DNA of 64,000 nt from an uncultured Clostridia bacterium (GCA_944392885.1 CALXYG010000035.1:652-64651), one strand, 5' to 3'; positions 22,042-33,224 are shown, numbered from the stretch's first letter. Program-made: numbers and translations. Notes: a model not told the origin generated them from the sequence alone.

Positions 22042-23379
22042 GTGGTAAAAAAAGAAAAAGAAAAACCAACTCAACAAAATATGTCAGAGGATTTTGCTGA
22101 CATGGTGGTCGGAGAAGAAGAATCTGTAGAAATACAAAAAAAAACCACAACATTAGAAAAAAAAGAGACGAAAATTAAAGAGACCAAAACAAATGAAATA
22201 AAAGAAAACAATACAGCAGATGATAAAAGTCAAATAAATGAAGAAACGCTAAATAAAACCAAAGAAGGTGCAGAATCAAAAGAATATGAAAAAGAAGAAA
22301 CATTGAGTGATGCAGATAAAGTAAAAAATATTCTACAAAAAGCAAAAGAAAAAGGAAAAATTACTTATGGCGAACTTGCTAGTGAATTAGGAGATATTAA
22401 CCCAGATCAGATTGATAAAGTTTTTGATGTTTTTGAGGAATTTGGTGTAGATGTTTTAAAAGATGATTTAGAAGAACCAGACATTGATGATTTAGAAGAA
22501 GTAGAAGATATTAAACTAGATGATTTGAATCTAATGAACTTTGATGGTGTAAATATCGACGATCCTGTCAGAATGTATTTAAGAGAAATTGGAAGAATAC
22601 CATTATTAACATTTGATGAAGAGTTAGAATTATCAAAAAGAATGTTATCAGGTGACGAAGAAGCAAAACAAAAATTAGCAGAATCTAATCTTCGTTTGGT
22701 AGTAAGTATTGCAAAAAAATATGTGGGAAGAGGAATGTTATTTCTAGACCTTATTCAAGAAGGTAATATGGGATTAATTAAAGCTGTTGAAAAGTTTGAC
22801 TATACAAAAGGGTTTAAGTTTAGCACTTATGCTACTTGGTGGATAAGACAAGCCATTACAAGGGCAATTGCAGATCAGGCACGTACAATACGTATTCCGG
22901 TTCACATGGTAGAAACAATTAATAAGTTAATTCGTACTTCGAGGCATTTACTTCAACAATTGGGAAGAGAGCCAACCCCGGAAGAAATTGCACAAGAATT
23001 AGAGATACCTGTAGAAAAAGTAATGGAAATACAAAAAATTGCTCAGGATCCAGTGTCTCTTGAAACTCCAATTGGAGAAGAGGACGATAGCCATTTAGGT
23101 GACTTCATCCAAGATGAAGATAGCCCAGCGCCACATGATTCAGCCGCATATACATTATTAAGAGAACAATTAGAAGAAGTAATGAATACTTTAACACCAC
23201 GTGAGGCAAAAGTCCTAAAACTACGTTTTGGATTGGAAGATGGAAAAGCGCGTACTTTAGAGGAAGTAGGAAGAGAATTCATGGTAACCAGAGAAAGGAT
23301 TAGACAGATAGAAGCAAAAGCACTTAGAAAATTAAGACATCCAAGTAGAAGTAAAAAACTAAGAGATTATATGAATTAA
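22042..23379 (+). CDS. rpoD: RNA polymerase principal sigma factor (sigma-70/SigA)
   Basis: Acidic N-terminal region 1.1; region 2 [44 protein letters not shown]; region 4 HTH. Operon with dnaG. Confidence 0.93.
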   Translation: MVKKEKEKPTQQNMSEDFADMVVGEEESVEIQKKTTTLEKKETKIKETKTNEIKENNTADDKSQINEETLNKTKEGAESKEYEKEETLSDADKVKNILQKAKEKGKITYGELASELGDINPDQIDKVFDVFEEFGVDVLKDDLEEPDIDDLEEVEDIKLDDLNLMNFDGVNIDDPVRMYLREIGRIPLLTFDEELELSKRMLSGDEEAKQKLAESNLRLVVSIAKKYVGRGMLFLDLIQEGNMGLIKAVEKFDYTKGFKFSTYATWWIRQAITRAIADQARTIRIPVHMVETINKLIRTSRHLLQQLGREPTPEEIAQELEIPVEKVMEIQKIAQDPVSLETPIGEEDDSHLGDFIQDEDSPAPHDSAAYTLLREQLEEVMNTLTPREAKVLKLRFGLEDGKARTLEEVGREFMVTRERIRQIEAKALRKLRHPSRSKKLRDYMN

Positions 23380-23416
23380 TAGTGTAAAGATTAATTATAT
23401 AGGACAAATATTTTTA

Positions 23417-23492
23417 AAGCTATAGGAAATGCAATTTTCTATAGCTTTAAAAAGAACAGAGAACATTAAAATAACGTTCTCTGTTCTTTTTA
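23417..23492 (+). terminator. Two tandem hairpins after rpoD
   Basis: gctataggaaatgcaattttctatagc and aacagagaacg..cgttctctgtt followed by cttttt. Confidence 0.6.
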
Positions 23493-23493
23493 T

Positions 23494-23570
23494 TGGTAGC
23501 GAAGGGGAGATTCGAACTCTCGACACCGCGGGTATGAACCGCGTGCTCTAGCCAACTGAGCTACTTCGCC
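23494..23570 (-). tRNA. tRNA-Met (anticodon CAT); elongator-like, could be tRNA-Ile2(LAU)
   Basis: Reverse complement folds as a cloverleaf: acceptor GGCGAAG/CTTCGCT, D-stem GCTC/GAGC, anticodon stem CGCGG/CCGCG with loop TTCATAC, T-loop TTCGAAT, encoded CCA. One A:C mismatch in the T-stem. Confidence 0.8.
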
Positions 23571-23635
23571 ATAAAGGACAAATAATATTATAGTATTATT
23601 TGTCTGGTTTGTCAACTAAAAAATAAAAATAAATA

Positions 23636-23899
23636 CTATCTTTCTTTATCATCAATATCACGATGAGTTTCAGGCGCTTTTTTACGTGAAGTTTGTTTTT
23701 TAGATGTAATTGTCGAAGTCCTTTCAATAGTAGATTTACTTTTTTCATGAGATTCTTCTAATTGACGCTCAAAAGCAGCTACACGTCGTGCTGAATCTGA
23801 ATTATCTGATATAAATTTATTTAAATCTTCATAGATTTTATCATCATCTGCTGTGTCATTTGTCACAAGTGCTTTAAAAAAGTCTCTCCATTTACCCAT
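23636..23899 (-). CDS. Hypothetical small, highly charged protein
   Basis: 87-aa ORF with no recognisable motif. Confidence 0.35.
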   Translation of the reverse strand: MGKWRDFFKALVTNDTADDDKIYEDLNKFISDNSDSARRVAAFERQLEESHEKSKSTIERTSTITSKKQTSRKKAPETHRDIDDKER

Positions 23900-24070
23900 A
23901 TATATCTTATAATGAAAACATTATAAGTTTCTTCACCTCTTTTACATTAAAAATAATACCAATTATAGTTTACCATAATTAAGCATAAAAAGCAAGTTTT
24001 TATGGTAAAAAATGTATATTTAATTATAAAACAAAAATAGTTGTATTTTTTTAAAAGGCAAGTGTGCATA

Positions 24071-24256
24071 TTAATGGTCATTATCTGTATTATCTGTTTT
24101 TATTTTCTTTATTTCCGGGATAACAATTTTTTTCTTAGACTTTTCTTCATGTGATTTTGGTTTTAATGCCTTTAGATGTTCTCTAACAGGTGAAATATTA
24201 AGTTCTGAGCCATTGCCAGTAACAACTTCAATTTCTTTTTTTTCATTTTCGCCCAT
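24071..24256 (-). CDS. Hypothetical small protein
   Basis: GGAGG RBS followed by ATG reading MGENEKKEIEVVTGNGSELNISPV...; about 61 aa; Lys-rich tail. Confidence 0.35.
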   Translation of the reverse strand: MGENEKKEIEVVTGNGSELNISPVREHLKALKPKSHEEKSKKKIVIPEIKKIKTDNTDNDH

Positions 24257-24319
24257 ACAAAAACCTCCATCCATTTTTTAAAATAATATCACACAATCAT
24301 AGAAAATACAAGCAAATTA

Positions 24320-24348
24320 TTGACACTTTGTAAAATAAATGGCATAAT
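24320..24348 (+). promoter_or_regulatory. SigA-type promoter for scpB (TTGACA, 17 nt spacer, CATAAT)
   Basis: -35 ttgaca at 24320..24325, -10 cataat at 24343..24348, about 32 nt upstream of the ATG. Confidence 0.5.
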
Positions 24349-24380
24349 ATTACATAGTAGTATAGAAAAGAGGAAGAAAA

Positions 24381-25010
24381 ATGGATTGCGAAAATAGAAA
24401 GGCAATAATTGAGGCAATTTTATTTGCAAGTGGCAGAGAAGTGAAAATAGCAGAAATAAAAGCGGTATTAGATATTGAATCAGATGAAATAGAAGCAATT
24501 ATTAACCAATTAAAAACCGAATATGAAAACCGTGGCATGGAAATTATAAAGGTATCAGATAGTTACCAAATGATAACTAAGAGAGAGTTTTATGAATATT
24601 TATACCCACTATTTGATAATAGAGCAAAACCGAGTCTTTCATCTGCTGCAATAGAAACACTTTCTATTATTGCATATAATCCTAAAATAACAAGAGCTGA
24701 AATAGAAGCTGTGCGTGGAGTTTCGTCTGATTCATGTATATATAAACTATTAGAATATGGATTAATTGAGGAAGCAGAGAAACTAGATTTACCAGGAAAG
24801 CCAAGAGCATATAAAACAACAAATGAATTTCTGAAAATGTTTGGATTATCTTCGTTAGATGAATTACCTGAACTTCCAAGATATAAAATTGATGAAAATG
24901 AACAGATTGTACTAGAGAATTTCTTAGAAGGAGAAGAGACGGCATCCTTAGAAGAAAAAACAATACAACAAACTGAAAAAATAAATATGGAAGGAAATAA
25001 CAATGAATGA
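24381..25010 (+). CDS. scpB: Segregation and condensation protein B
   Basis: Winged-helix ScpB N-terminus IIEAILFASGREV...; 209 aa; overlaps the proS start. Confidence 0.85.
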   Translation: MDCENRKAIIEAILFASGREVKIAEIKAVLDIESDEIEAIINQLKTEYENRGMEIIKVSDSYQMITKREFYEYLYPLFDNRAKPSLSSAAIETLSIIAYNPKITRAEIEAVRGVSSDSCIYKLLEYGLIEEAEKLDLPGKPRAYKTTNEFLKMFGLSSLDELPELPRYKIDENEQIVLENFLEGEETASLEEKTIQQTEKINMEGNNNE

Positions 25011-26442
25011 TAATAAAGAATTTGTAAAAGAGATTACTAATATTGAAAAAGATTTTGCTAAATGGTATACAGACATTGTATTAAAAGCCGATTTAGCAGA
25101 TTATACTGATACAAAAGGTTGCATAGCTATTAAGCCATATGGTTATGCAATATGGGAAAATATACAAAAATATACAGATGAAAAATTTAAAAAAGCAGGG
25201 GTAAAAAATATTTATTTACCAGTACTTATTCCTGAAAGTTTACTTGAGAAGGAAAAAGATCATGTAGAAGGCTTTGCACCAGAGGTAGCATGGGTTACCG
25301 TGGGGGGATGTGAAGAATTAGACGAAAAACTTTGTATTAGACCAACCTCTGAAACTATGTTTTCTACGATGTATGCAAAATGGTTAAAGTCGTGGAGGGA
25401 CTTACCATTTATATATAATCAGTGGTGTAATGTTCTTAGATGGGAAAAAGAAACTAGACCGTTTTTACGTTCAAGAGAATTTTTATGGCAAGAAGGTCAT
25501 ACAATTCATGCAACAGAGGAAGAAGCTAAAGCAAGGACAATGCAAATGTTAAACATATATCAGGAAGTAATTGAGGACTTATTGGCTATTCCAGTTTTAA
25601 AGGGTAGAAAAACACCAAATGAACAATTTGCAGGAGCAGAAGAGACTTATACAGTAGAAACATTAATGCATGATGGAAGAGCATTACAAGCAGGTACTTC
25701 TCATTATTTTGGACAAAATTTTACTAAACCTTTTAATATAAAATTTCAAAATAAAGAAGGAAAAGAAGAATATGCATATCAAACATCATGGGGAATAAGC
25801 ACAAGACTAATAGGTGCCGTTATTATGGCACATGGAGATAACCGTGGGTTAAAATTGCCACCAAAAGTTGCTCCTATTCAAGTAATAATTGTTCCAGTAG
25901 CGTTACATAAAGAAGGTGTGGTAGAAAAAGCACAACAGTTATATGAATCATTAAAACAGCATTATCGAACACAAGTAGACTTAAGAGACAACTATTCTAA
26001 TGGTTATAAATTTAATGATTGGGAAATGAGAGGAGTACCTATTCGAATCGAAATTGGACCAAGAGATATAGAAAATGGTGTTGCAATTTTGGTACGACGC
26101 GATACAGGTGAGAAAATTACAGTTCCTATTAATGAAATAGCACAAATAATTGAAAAATTGCTAGCTGATATTCAAAATAATTTGTATTGCCAATGTGAAA
26201 AAAGAAATAGTGAGAAAACCAATATTGCAACTAATCTAGATGAATTTAACAAAGTTATAAATGAAAAACAAGGTTATATTAAGGCAATGTGGTGTGGTAG
26301 CACGGAATGTGAAAATAAGATTAAGGAAGTAACAGGAGCACATTCAAGATGTATTCCATTTCAGCAGGAACATATTTCAGAAAATTGTGTAGTTTGTGGA
26401 AAAAAAGCAAATACTATGGTGGTTTGGGGCAGACAATATTAA
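25003..26442 (+). CDS. proS: Prolyl-tRNA synthetase, archaeal/eukaryote-like class II form with C-terminal Zn-binding domain
   Basis: Class II motifs (FRSREFLWQEGH, GTSHYFG) and a C-terminal Cys cluster; no bacterial INS editing domain (479 aa). Confidence 0.88.
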   Translation: MNDNKEFVKEITNIEKDFAKWYTDIVLKADLADYTDTKGCIAIKPYGYAIWENIQKYTDEKFKKAGVKNIYLPVLIPESLLEKEKDHVEGFAPEVAWVTVGGCEELDEKLCIRPTSETMFSTMYAKWLKSWRDLPFIYNQWCNVLRWEKETRPFLRSREFLWQEGHTIHATEEEAKARTMQMLNIYQEVIEDLLAIPVLKGRKTPNEQFAGAEETYTVETLMHDGRALQAGTSHYFGQNFTKPFNIKFQNKEGKEEYAYQTSWGISTRLIGAVIMAHGDNRGLKLPPKVAPIQVIIVPVALHKEGVVEKAQQLYESLKQHYRTQVDLRDNYSNGYKFNDWEMRGVPIRIEIGPRDIENGVAILVRRDTGEKITVPINEIAQIIEKLLADIQNNLYCQCEKRNSEKTNIATNLDEFNKVINEKQGYIKAMWCGSTECENKIKEVTGAHSRCIPFQQEHISENCVVCGKKANTMVVWGRQY

Positions 26443-26470
26443 TAAAATATGTAAGAAAATGGTGGTTAAG

Positions 26471-27172
26471 ATGAGTTTGTTTTCAAAAAAAGCAAAATTG
26501 CCAAATGAGTGTAATGTGGATTTAATGGATATAAATACAAAATTCCTTTACCATTATAGAATGAAATTTATAAAATTATTAGGAGAAAGAAATCTTTATC
26601 GTGTAGAAACAAATGTAGAGAAGGCGCAAAATGAAGATAAAATTGATTTAGCAAGGGTTAAAAAGGTTACTATACCGCAAAGAAGAGATAATGAGATACC
26701 AATAAGAAACTCATTCTTGTTAAAGACAAATTTGCCTGTTTACAAATTAATGATTATGCCTGGGTTTGCAGATGAGATGTGGTTACTTTTAGATGAACAA
26801 AGGATTAGAGAAAGATTGTTAAGGTCAAATCCAGAAGTGCAGAAACATTATTTGTATTATCGCATAGGGCAAAAAGATAGAGTACTTGCACAAACCATGC
26901 TGTATGTGGGATCTATTAATGATGGTGAAAATGGAGTATATCGTGCTTATACAAAAGAAGATGAAGAGTTTAATACATATTATGCCATGAAAGAAACAGA
27001 GCGAATAGATAGTGAAATTCACAGAATTAGAAGGGAAAAAGAATGGAAACAAATTTGCTCTCAAACATGGAAGAAACTAGTTGAAGAATCAAGGGCTTAT
27101 CAAGAGTCTAAAAAACCATATAAACCTAAACATGCCAAAATGCAATTTGAAGAAGATTTTGAAGAAAGATAG
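26471..27172 (+). CDS. Hypothetical protein (~233 aa), basic C-terminus
   Basis: Long ORF whose 5' end overlaps the proS 3' end in another frame; no family recognised from sequence alone; followed by a bidirectional terminator. Confidence 0.45.
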   Translation: MSLFSKKAKLPNECNVDLMDINTKFLYHYRMKFIKLLGERNLYRVETNVEKAQNEDKIDLARVKKVTIPQRRDNEIPIRNSFLLKTNLPVYKLMIMPGFADEMWLLLDEQRIRERLLRSNPEVQKHYLYYRIGQKDRVLAQTMLYVGSINDGENGVYRAYTKEDEEFNTYYAMKETERIDSEIHRIRREKEWKQICSQTWKKLVEESRAYQESKKPYKPKHAKMQFEEDFEER

Positions 27173-27176
27173 ATAT

Positions 27177-27228
27177 AATAAAAGAGCTCATAGGGGAATG
27201 TTAAAATAGTTCTCCTACGAGCTTTTTT
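27177..27228. terminator. Bidirectional terminator between convergent genes
   Basis: gagctcatagg ... cctacgagc flanked by T-runs. Confidence 0.55.
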
Positions 27229-27307
27229 TAAATATATGGAATTGCAATTTTTATAATTTTATTAATGTTAATATAATTACTAAATCATGTTGTACTTTAT
27301 ATGATAT

Positions 27308-28702
27308 TTAAAAATCGCAATTGTTTGGAGTCCTAGGAAATGGAATTATATCACGAATATTAGACATACCAGTTAAATACATCATCATTCTTTCAAAACC
27401 AAGGCCAAAACCTGCATGTTTTACACTACCATATTTACGTAAATCTAAGTAGAAATTATATTCTTCAAGATTCATATCAAGTTCTTTCATTCTTATTTCT
27501 AAGAGCTCAAGATTTTCTTCCCTTTGGCTTCCACCAATGATTTCACCAATACCAGGGGCAAGTAAGTCAGCCGCTGCAACCGTTTTTCCATCAGGATTTT
27601 GCTTCATATAAAATGCTTTGATTTCTTTTGGGTAGTCAGTAACAAAAACTGGCTTACCAAACAATTTTTCACAAATATAACGTTCATGCTCTGTTTGCAA
27701 ATCACATCCCCAATTTACCTTATATTCAAAATTATCATTTAATTTTTCTAATTCTTTAATTGCATCAGTATATGTTATTCTTCCAAAATCAGAGTTAACA
27801 ACATTATATAAACGTTCAATTAATCCATTATCTATAAAGTCATTAAAAAACTTCATTTCTTCAGGGGCATTTGTTAAAACGTAGGAAATAATATATTTTA
27901 TCATTTCTTCTGCCAAATTCATGTCATCTTTTAAATCGGCAAAACAAATTTCAGGTTCAATCATCCAAAATTCAGAAGCATGTTTTACAGTATTTGAATT
28001 TTCGGCGCGAAATGTAGGTCCAAATGTATAAACATTGCGGAAAGCAAAAGCAAAAGTTTCGACATTTAGTTGTCCACTTACAGTTAAATGTGTGGGCTTT
28101 CCAAAAAAATCTTTTGCATAGTTAATGCCACCTTTAGCGTTTTTAGGAATATTATTTAAATCAAATGTAGTTACATTGAACATCTCACCAGCACCTTCTG
28201 CATCACTTGATGTAATAATTGGAGTATGCACATAAACAAATCCTTTTTCTTGGAAAAACTTGTGTATTGCAAAAGATAAAACAGAACGTACACGGAATAC
28301 CGCATTAAAAGTATTTGTTCTTGGACGAAGGTGAGAAATGGTTCTTAAATATTCAAATGAATGACGTTTTTTTTGAAGTGGATATTCTAAAGAAGAAACA
28401 TTATCAATGATAATATTTGTTGCTTTTATTTCAAATGGTTGTTTAGCGTTTGGAGTTAAAACTATTTTTCCAGTTACTTCAATAGAAGAAGATATAGTAA
28501 GTTTACAGATAGTATCAAAATTTTTTAATTTATTATCAAAAATTATCTGCACATTTTTAAAATAAGAACCATCATTTAACTCTATAAAACCAAATGTTTT
28601 TGAATCTCGAATGGTTTTTACCCAACCACCAATAGTAACTTGCCTATTTTCATATGTATTTGTTGATGAATATAAATCCTTTATTAGTGTATATGATTCC
28701 AT
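27308..28702 (-). CDS. asnS: Asparaginyl-tRNA synthetase
   Basis: Class IIb: N-terminal OB-fold anticodon-binding domain; motif 2 FRAE and motif 3 [15 protein letters not shown]. True start MESYTLIK at 28702; the track ORF extends upstream through non-coding sequence. Confidence 0.9.
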   Translation of the reverse strand: MESYTLIKDLYSSTNTYENRQVTIGGWVKTIRDSKTFGFIELNDGSYFKNVQIIFDNKLKNFDTICKLTISSSIEVTGKIVLTPNAKQPFEIKATNIIIDNVSSLEYPLQKKRHSFEYLRTISHLRPRTNTFNAVFRVRSVLSFAIHKFFQEKGFVYVHTPIITSSDAEGAGEMFNVTTFDLNNIPKNAKGGINYAKDFFGKPTHLTVSGQLNVETFAFAFRNVYTFGPTFRAENSNTVKHASEFWMIEPEICFADLKDDMNLAEEMIKYIISYVLTNAPEEMKFFNDFIDNGLIERLYNVVNSDFGRITYTDAIKELEKLNDNFEYKVNWGCDLQTEHERYICEKLFGKPVFVTDYPKEIKAFYMKQNPDGKTVAAADLLAPGIGEIIGGSQREENLELLEIRMKELDMNLEEYNFYLDLRKYGSVKHAGFGLGFERMMMYLTGMSNIRDIIPFPRTPNNCDF

Positions 28703-28841
28703 ATTAATTCCCCCTACTATTTGTATGATTTCACAATTATACAAGAATACATTATTTTTTTCAAGGGAATAGTAGACTTTTTTTAAAAAAAAGTATACAA
28801 TATAACAAATGCAGAAAAAAATAGAAATCGGGGGAATTAAA

Positions 28842-30593
28842 ATGCAACAATATAGAACACACAATTGTAATGAGCTTACCAAGGAAAATATTGGAATGCA
28901 AGTAAAACTTTCGGGTTGGGTACAGAAAATTCGAAATTTAGGAAAAATGAAATTTATAGATTTAAGAGATGAATTGGGTATAACGCAAATTGTTATATCA
29001 GATGATTTGCAAGATTCGACAAAAGAAATTACAACAGAATCTACTATTATGGTGTGTGGAGAAGTAGTAGAAAGACAAAGCAAGAATTATAAAATTAAGA
29101 CAGGTGAAATCGAAGTCATAGCAAAGCAAATAAATATTTTAGGAAAATGTAATACGGTACTGCCATTTGAAATCAATAGCAATGAACAAAATGATGTAAG
29201 AGAAGATTTAAGGCTAGAGTATCGTTTCTTGGATTTAAGAAATGATAAAATACATAAAAATATATTGCTTAGATCAAAGATATTGCAAACACTTAGAGAA
29301 GAAATGAACAAAATGGAATTTATAGAAATTCAAACACCTATTTTAACAAGCTCTTCTCCAGAAGGTGCAAGAGATTTTTTAGTGCCAAGTAGATTACATC
29401 CAGGAGAGTTTTATGCACTACCACAGGCACCACAACAATTTAAGCAATTACTGATGGTTGCAGGATTTAATAAATATTATCAAATTGCACCATGTTTTAG
29501 AGATGAAGACCCCAGAGCAGATAGAAGTCCTGGAGAATTTTATCAATTAGATTTCGAGATGAGCTTTGCAACACAAGATGATGTATTAAAGGTATTAGAA
29601 ACTGTTATATTAAATACATTTAGAAAACACGCTAAAGGAACTGTTGACCTAAATGTAAGTAGGATACCATATTTAGAAGCAATTGAAAAATATGGAAGCG
29701 ACAAACCAGATTTAAGAAATCCCTTAATTATAGAGGATGTAACCAGCATATTATCAAACTTAGAATTCCGAGCATTTCAAAACAAGATAGTAAAAGCAAT
29801 TAAAATACCAAATGGAGCAAGTCAAACAAGGAAGTTTTTTGACAATCTTTCAGAATATGTGGTAGAAGAATTAGGTGCTAAAGGTTTGGCTTGGTTAAAA
29901 ATAGAAAATGGTTTGAATGGATCTATTGCTAAATTTATTACTCCTTGTGTAGAAAAAGATTTAATAGAAAAAATTGGGGCAAAAGAAGCAGATGCAGTTG
30001 TTTTCATCGCTGATGATAAAGAAAAGGCTTCTAAAATAGCTGGAGGAGTTAGAATTGAACTTGGCAAAAGATTGAACTTAATTGAAAAAGATGTATTTCG
30101 TTTTTGTTTTATTGTAGATTTTCCAATGTATGAATTATCTGATGAAGGTATTATAAATTTTAATCATAATCCATTTTCAATGCCACAAGGGGGAATGGAA
30201 AGTATACTAAACAGCAATCCATTAGATATTTTGGCATTTCAATATGATATGGTATGTAATGGTTATGAATTAGCATCAGGCGCTGTTCGTAATCATGATC
30301 AAGATGTTATGATAAAGGCATTTGAAATAGCAGGATATACAAAAGAAGATGTTGAGAAAAAGTTTGGAGCATTGTTTAAGGCCTTTTCATATGGAACGCC
30401 TCCTCACGCTGGAGCCGCACCTGGTGTAGATAGAATAGTAATGTTAATTGCAGGCGAAGAAAATATTCGTGAGGTTATAGCTTTTCCAAAAAATAAAAAA
30501 GCACGAGATTTAATGATGAAGGCACCATCTGCGGTAACTCAAAAACAATTAGATGAAGTACATATTGCATTAAAAACATCTGAAAAAAAATAA
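28842..30593 (+). CDS. aspS: Aspartyl-tRNA synthetase
   Basis: OB-fold N-terminus; class II motifs [19 protein letters not shown] and [19 protein letters not shown]; bacterial GAD insertion present. Confidence 0.92.
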   Translation: MQQYRTHNCNELTKENIGMQVKLSGWVQKIRNLGKMKFIDLRDELGITQIVISDDLQDSTKEITTESTIMVCGEVVERQSKNYKIKTGEIEVIAKQINILGKCNTVLPFEINSNEQNDVREDLRLEYRFLDLRNDKIHKNILLRSKILQTLREEMNKMEFIEIQTPILTSSSPEGARDFLVPSRLHPGEFYALPQAPQQFKQLLMVAGFNKYYQIAPCFRDEDPRADRSPGEFYQLDFEMSFATQDDVLKVLETVILNTFRKHAKGTVDLNVSRIPYLEAIEKYGSDKPDLRNPLIIEDVTSILSNLEFRAFQNKIVKAIKIPNGASQTRKFFDNLSEYVVEELGAKGLAWLKIENGLNGSIAKFITPCVEKDLIEKIGAKEADAVVFIADDKEKASKIAGGVRIELGKRLNLIEKDVFRFCFIVDFPMYELSDEGIINFNHNPFSMPQGGMESILNSNPLDILAFQYDMVCNGYELASGAVRNHDQDVMIKAFEIAGYTKEDVEKKFGALFKAFSYGTPPHAGAAPGVDRIVMLIAGEENIREVIAFPKNKKARDLMMKAPSAVTQKQLDEVHIALKTSEKK

Positions 30594-30788
30594 ATGCATA
30601 ATTATGGTAAGGTGATATGTGTTTTCAAAATGATTTCGTAATTTTTACCAATTATATAAAAATAATGACAAAAAGTAACCAAATATGATAAAATAAAAAG
30701 AGAAATAATTGTAGAAAAAATTGTAATAGTCTTACAAAATTATACATAATTAAAGAGTACAAAAGCAAGACAAAAGATAGGAGGAAAA

Positions 30789-31877
30789 ATGAGAGAGCAA
30801 AGAGGAGTTACTTTAACAAGTGTTGTAATTTACGTTATGGTAATGACAATTATTGTAGGAATTATTACTGCGATTACTGCATTTTTTTACTCTAATACAA
30901 CACAAATGAATGAATCTGCTACTAGTTTAGGGGAATACAATAAATTTAATACAGCATTTTTGGCAGAGGTAAAAAAGATTGATAACGAAGTATATAAAAT
31001 AGAGAATGATAGCCAAAGAATTATATTTAAATCAGGAACAATGTTTACATTTCAAGATGGGGGGATTTACCAAAATCGTGTAAAAATATGTACAGGAGTA
31101 ACAAATTGTAAATTTAGTGTTAAGGAACAAGAAGAAAAACAAATAGTAACTGTTTTAATAGAAATTGGACAAAACGCGGAATTTGCGAAAACAACAGATT
31201 ATGTGCTAGATGATACAGACTATCAAGGTAGTAATGAAATCCAACATGTTCACAATTATAAGTATTGGAGAAAGATAGATGAAACAGTTCATATAGGTAT
31301 TTGTAATTGCGGAGCAACACAAGAAGGAGAACATGAATATGGTGAATGGATACAAACAACACCAGCAACATGTACAGTAGCTGGAACACAGAGATCGACT
31401 TGTTCAGAATGTAACACTACAGTAACTAGAAGATTACCAGTTGCAACAGGACACACAGGGCAAACTCATGCAAATGGCGGAAAATGTATAAGATGTCAAG
31501 TTGTTTATGTGGCTCATACATGGGGTGGGTGGTCGAGATTAAATGATACAAGTCATATACATACATGTTCATGTGGAGTAACAGAAACTGCTACACATGT
31601 TTGGGGAGGCTGGGTACAAACAATTGCTGCCACGTGTACAGTAGCTGGAACACAGAGATCGACTTGTTCAGTATGTGGTGCGGCAAAAACTCAAAGTATG
31701 CCGGCAGCATTAGGTCATAGTTATGGGGCAGTTGGTATTGACCAGAATATCAATGGTAACCATACATTGAGATGCAATAGATGTGGCTATACTATAACAG
31801 AAAGGCACAATGCAGTATGGTATGTATATCCATATTCAAAGGTATGCTGGGCTTGTGGAGAAATGTGGTTTTATTAG
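30789..31877 (+). CDS. Pilin-like (class-III-signal-like) protein with an extracellular Cys-rich repeated module
   Basis: N-terminus MREQRG|VTLTSVVIYVMVMTIIVGIITAI resembles a prepilin leader plus hydrophobic helix but has Ser instead of Glu at +5. C-terminal half contains a repeated H-x-(W/Y)-G-x-W...ATCTVAGTQRSTCSxC unit (two near-identical copies and a degenerate third). There is also a DNA-level repeat, 31366..31440 vs 31624..31700. Confidence 0.6.
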   Translation: MREQRGVTLTSVVIYVMVMTIIVGIITAITAFFYSNTTQMNESATSLGEYNKFNTAFLAEVKKIDNEVYKIENDSQRIIFKSGTMFTFQDGGIYQNRVKICTGVTNCKFSVKEQEEKQIVTVLIEIGQNAEFAKTTDYVLDDTDYQGSNEIQHVHNYKYWRKIDETVHIGICNCGATQEGEHEYGEWIQTTPATCTVAGTQRSTCSECNTTVTRRLPVATGHTGQTHANGGKCIRCQVVYVAHTWGGWSRLNDTSHIHTCSCGVTETATHVWGGWVQTIAATCTVAGTQRSTCSVCGAAKTQSMPAALGHSYGAVGIDQNINGNHTLRCNRCGYTITERHNAVWYVYPYSKVCWACGEMWFY

Positions 31878-32079
31878 AAAACTGGCTACAAAAACCAAAT
31901 ACTTGATTTATATTTAACGTTTATGATAAAATAACAATGCTAAAAGCATTGTTATTTTATTGTATAGAAAAATGATTTTTATTATAGACGTATATAAATT
32001 ATTTACACATATAACAAAATTAAGCTACCTTAATTAGTATGAGCAAAGCGAGATTTGTCTTACAAAAAAGGAGGGAATT

Positions 32080-32514
32080 ATGGAAAAACAAAAAGGTGCA
32101 TCTATAGTAATTTGGATTATTGGAGTGATATTATTAGCTATAGTAATTGTAATAGCAATTCATTTTATGCAAGAAGAAATAAACAAAAATCAGCAAGAAG
32201 ATATAAAAACAGAGATGTTGCAAGTACAGGCAAAAGCTAAAATTGTGCTAGAAAAATATAATGTTGATAACAATAATGGATTAAAAGGTCAAAAAATGGA
32301 AGATAAAACATTACAAGAAAAATATGGAATTGAACAAATAGAAAACTACTATAAATGGACAAAAGAAATACTAGCAGAATTGGGATTACAAGAAACCATT
32401 TTACAAGAAGGGGAATATTATTTAGTTAACTATGATACAGAAGAAGTAATATATTCTCAAGGATATAAAGCAGAAAATGGTGAAATATATTATAAACTTT
32501 CAGAGATAAAATAG
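32080..32514 (+). CDS. Small single-pass membrane protein (possible minor pilin-like partner)
   Basis: N-terminus MEKQKG|ASIVIWIIGVILLAIVIVIAI followed by a 110-aa extracytoplasmic domain; co-directional and downstream of the Cys-rich pilin-like gene. Confidence 0.45.
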   Translation: MEKQKGASIVIWIIGVILLAIVIVIAIHFMQEEINKNQQEDIKTEMLQVQAKAKIVLEKYNVDNNNGLKGQKMEDKTLQEKYGIEQIENYYKWTKEILAELGLQETILQEGEYYLVNYDTEEVIYSQGYKAENGEIYYKLSEIK

Positions 32515-32525
32515 CTTGTATAACA

Positions 32526-33158
32526 TTGTATGGAGGGAAAATGAAGGAAAAAGAAGAAATAAGATTGAACAAATTAAAACAAATAGATAAAGGTTTTTAC
32601 AATCAAAACATAGAATATATTGCAGGTATTGATGAAGCAGGACGTGGTCCACTTGCAGGACCAGTTGTAGTTGGATGCGTTATAATGCCAAAAGATTCTT
32701 TTATAGAAGGTGTTAATGACTCTAAAAAAATATCAGAGAAAAAAAGAGAAAAAATATATGAGCAAATTATAAATGAAGCGGTTTGCTGGAGCGTTGGAAT
32801 TGTTGACCAAAAAGAAATTGATGAAATAAACATATTAAATGCAACAAAAAAGGCACTAACTGTGGCAATAAAAGAATTAAAAATAAAACCAGAACATATA
32901 TTGGTAGATGCTCTAACACATATTAACACATTAGAAATACCCTATACATCTATAATAAAGGGAGATGCTACTAGTTATAGTATAGCTGCAGCATCAATTA
33001 TCGCGAAAGTGACAAGAGATAGAATTATGTTAAAATGGGATAAGGTTTATCCATTATATGGATTTGCGAGAAATAAAGGGTATGGAACTGCAGAACATAT
33101 GATGGCAATCAGAAAATACGGTATATGCCCACTGCACAGACAGAGCTTTATATCATAA
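32526..33158 (+). CDS. rnhB: Ribonuclease HII
   Basis: IAGIDEAGRGPLAGPVV catalytic motif; the start may instead be ATG 32541. Confidence 0.88.
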   Translation: MYGGKMKEKEEIRLNKLKQIDKGFYNQNIEYIAGIDEAGRGPLAGPVVVGCVIMPKDSFIEGVNDSKKISEKKREKIYEQIINEAVCWSVGIVDQKEIDEINILNATKKALTVAIKELKIKPEHILVDALTHINTLEIPYTSIIKGDATSYSIAAASIIAKVTRDRIMLKWDKVYPLYGFARNKGYGTAEHMMAIRKYGICPLHRQSFIS

Positions 33159-33224
33159 TAATGGACATTTCTCAATGATTTTTTTTACTATTGGGAAATG
33201 TCTATTTAGGTGAAAGGAGTAGTT

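Noticed and set aside
30789-31877. The Cys-rich protein as a sortase substrate or bacteriocin
   Set aside because: It has no LPXTG or related sorting motif and no double-Gly leader. The N-terminus is pilin-like or signal-anchor-like instead.
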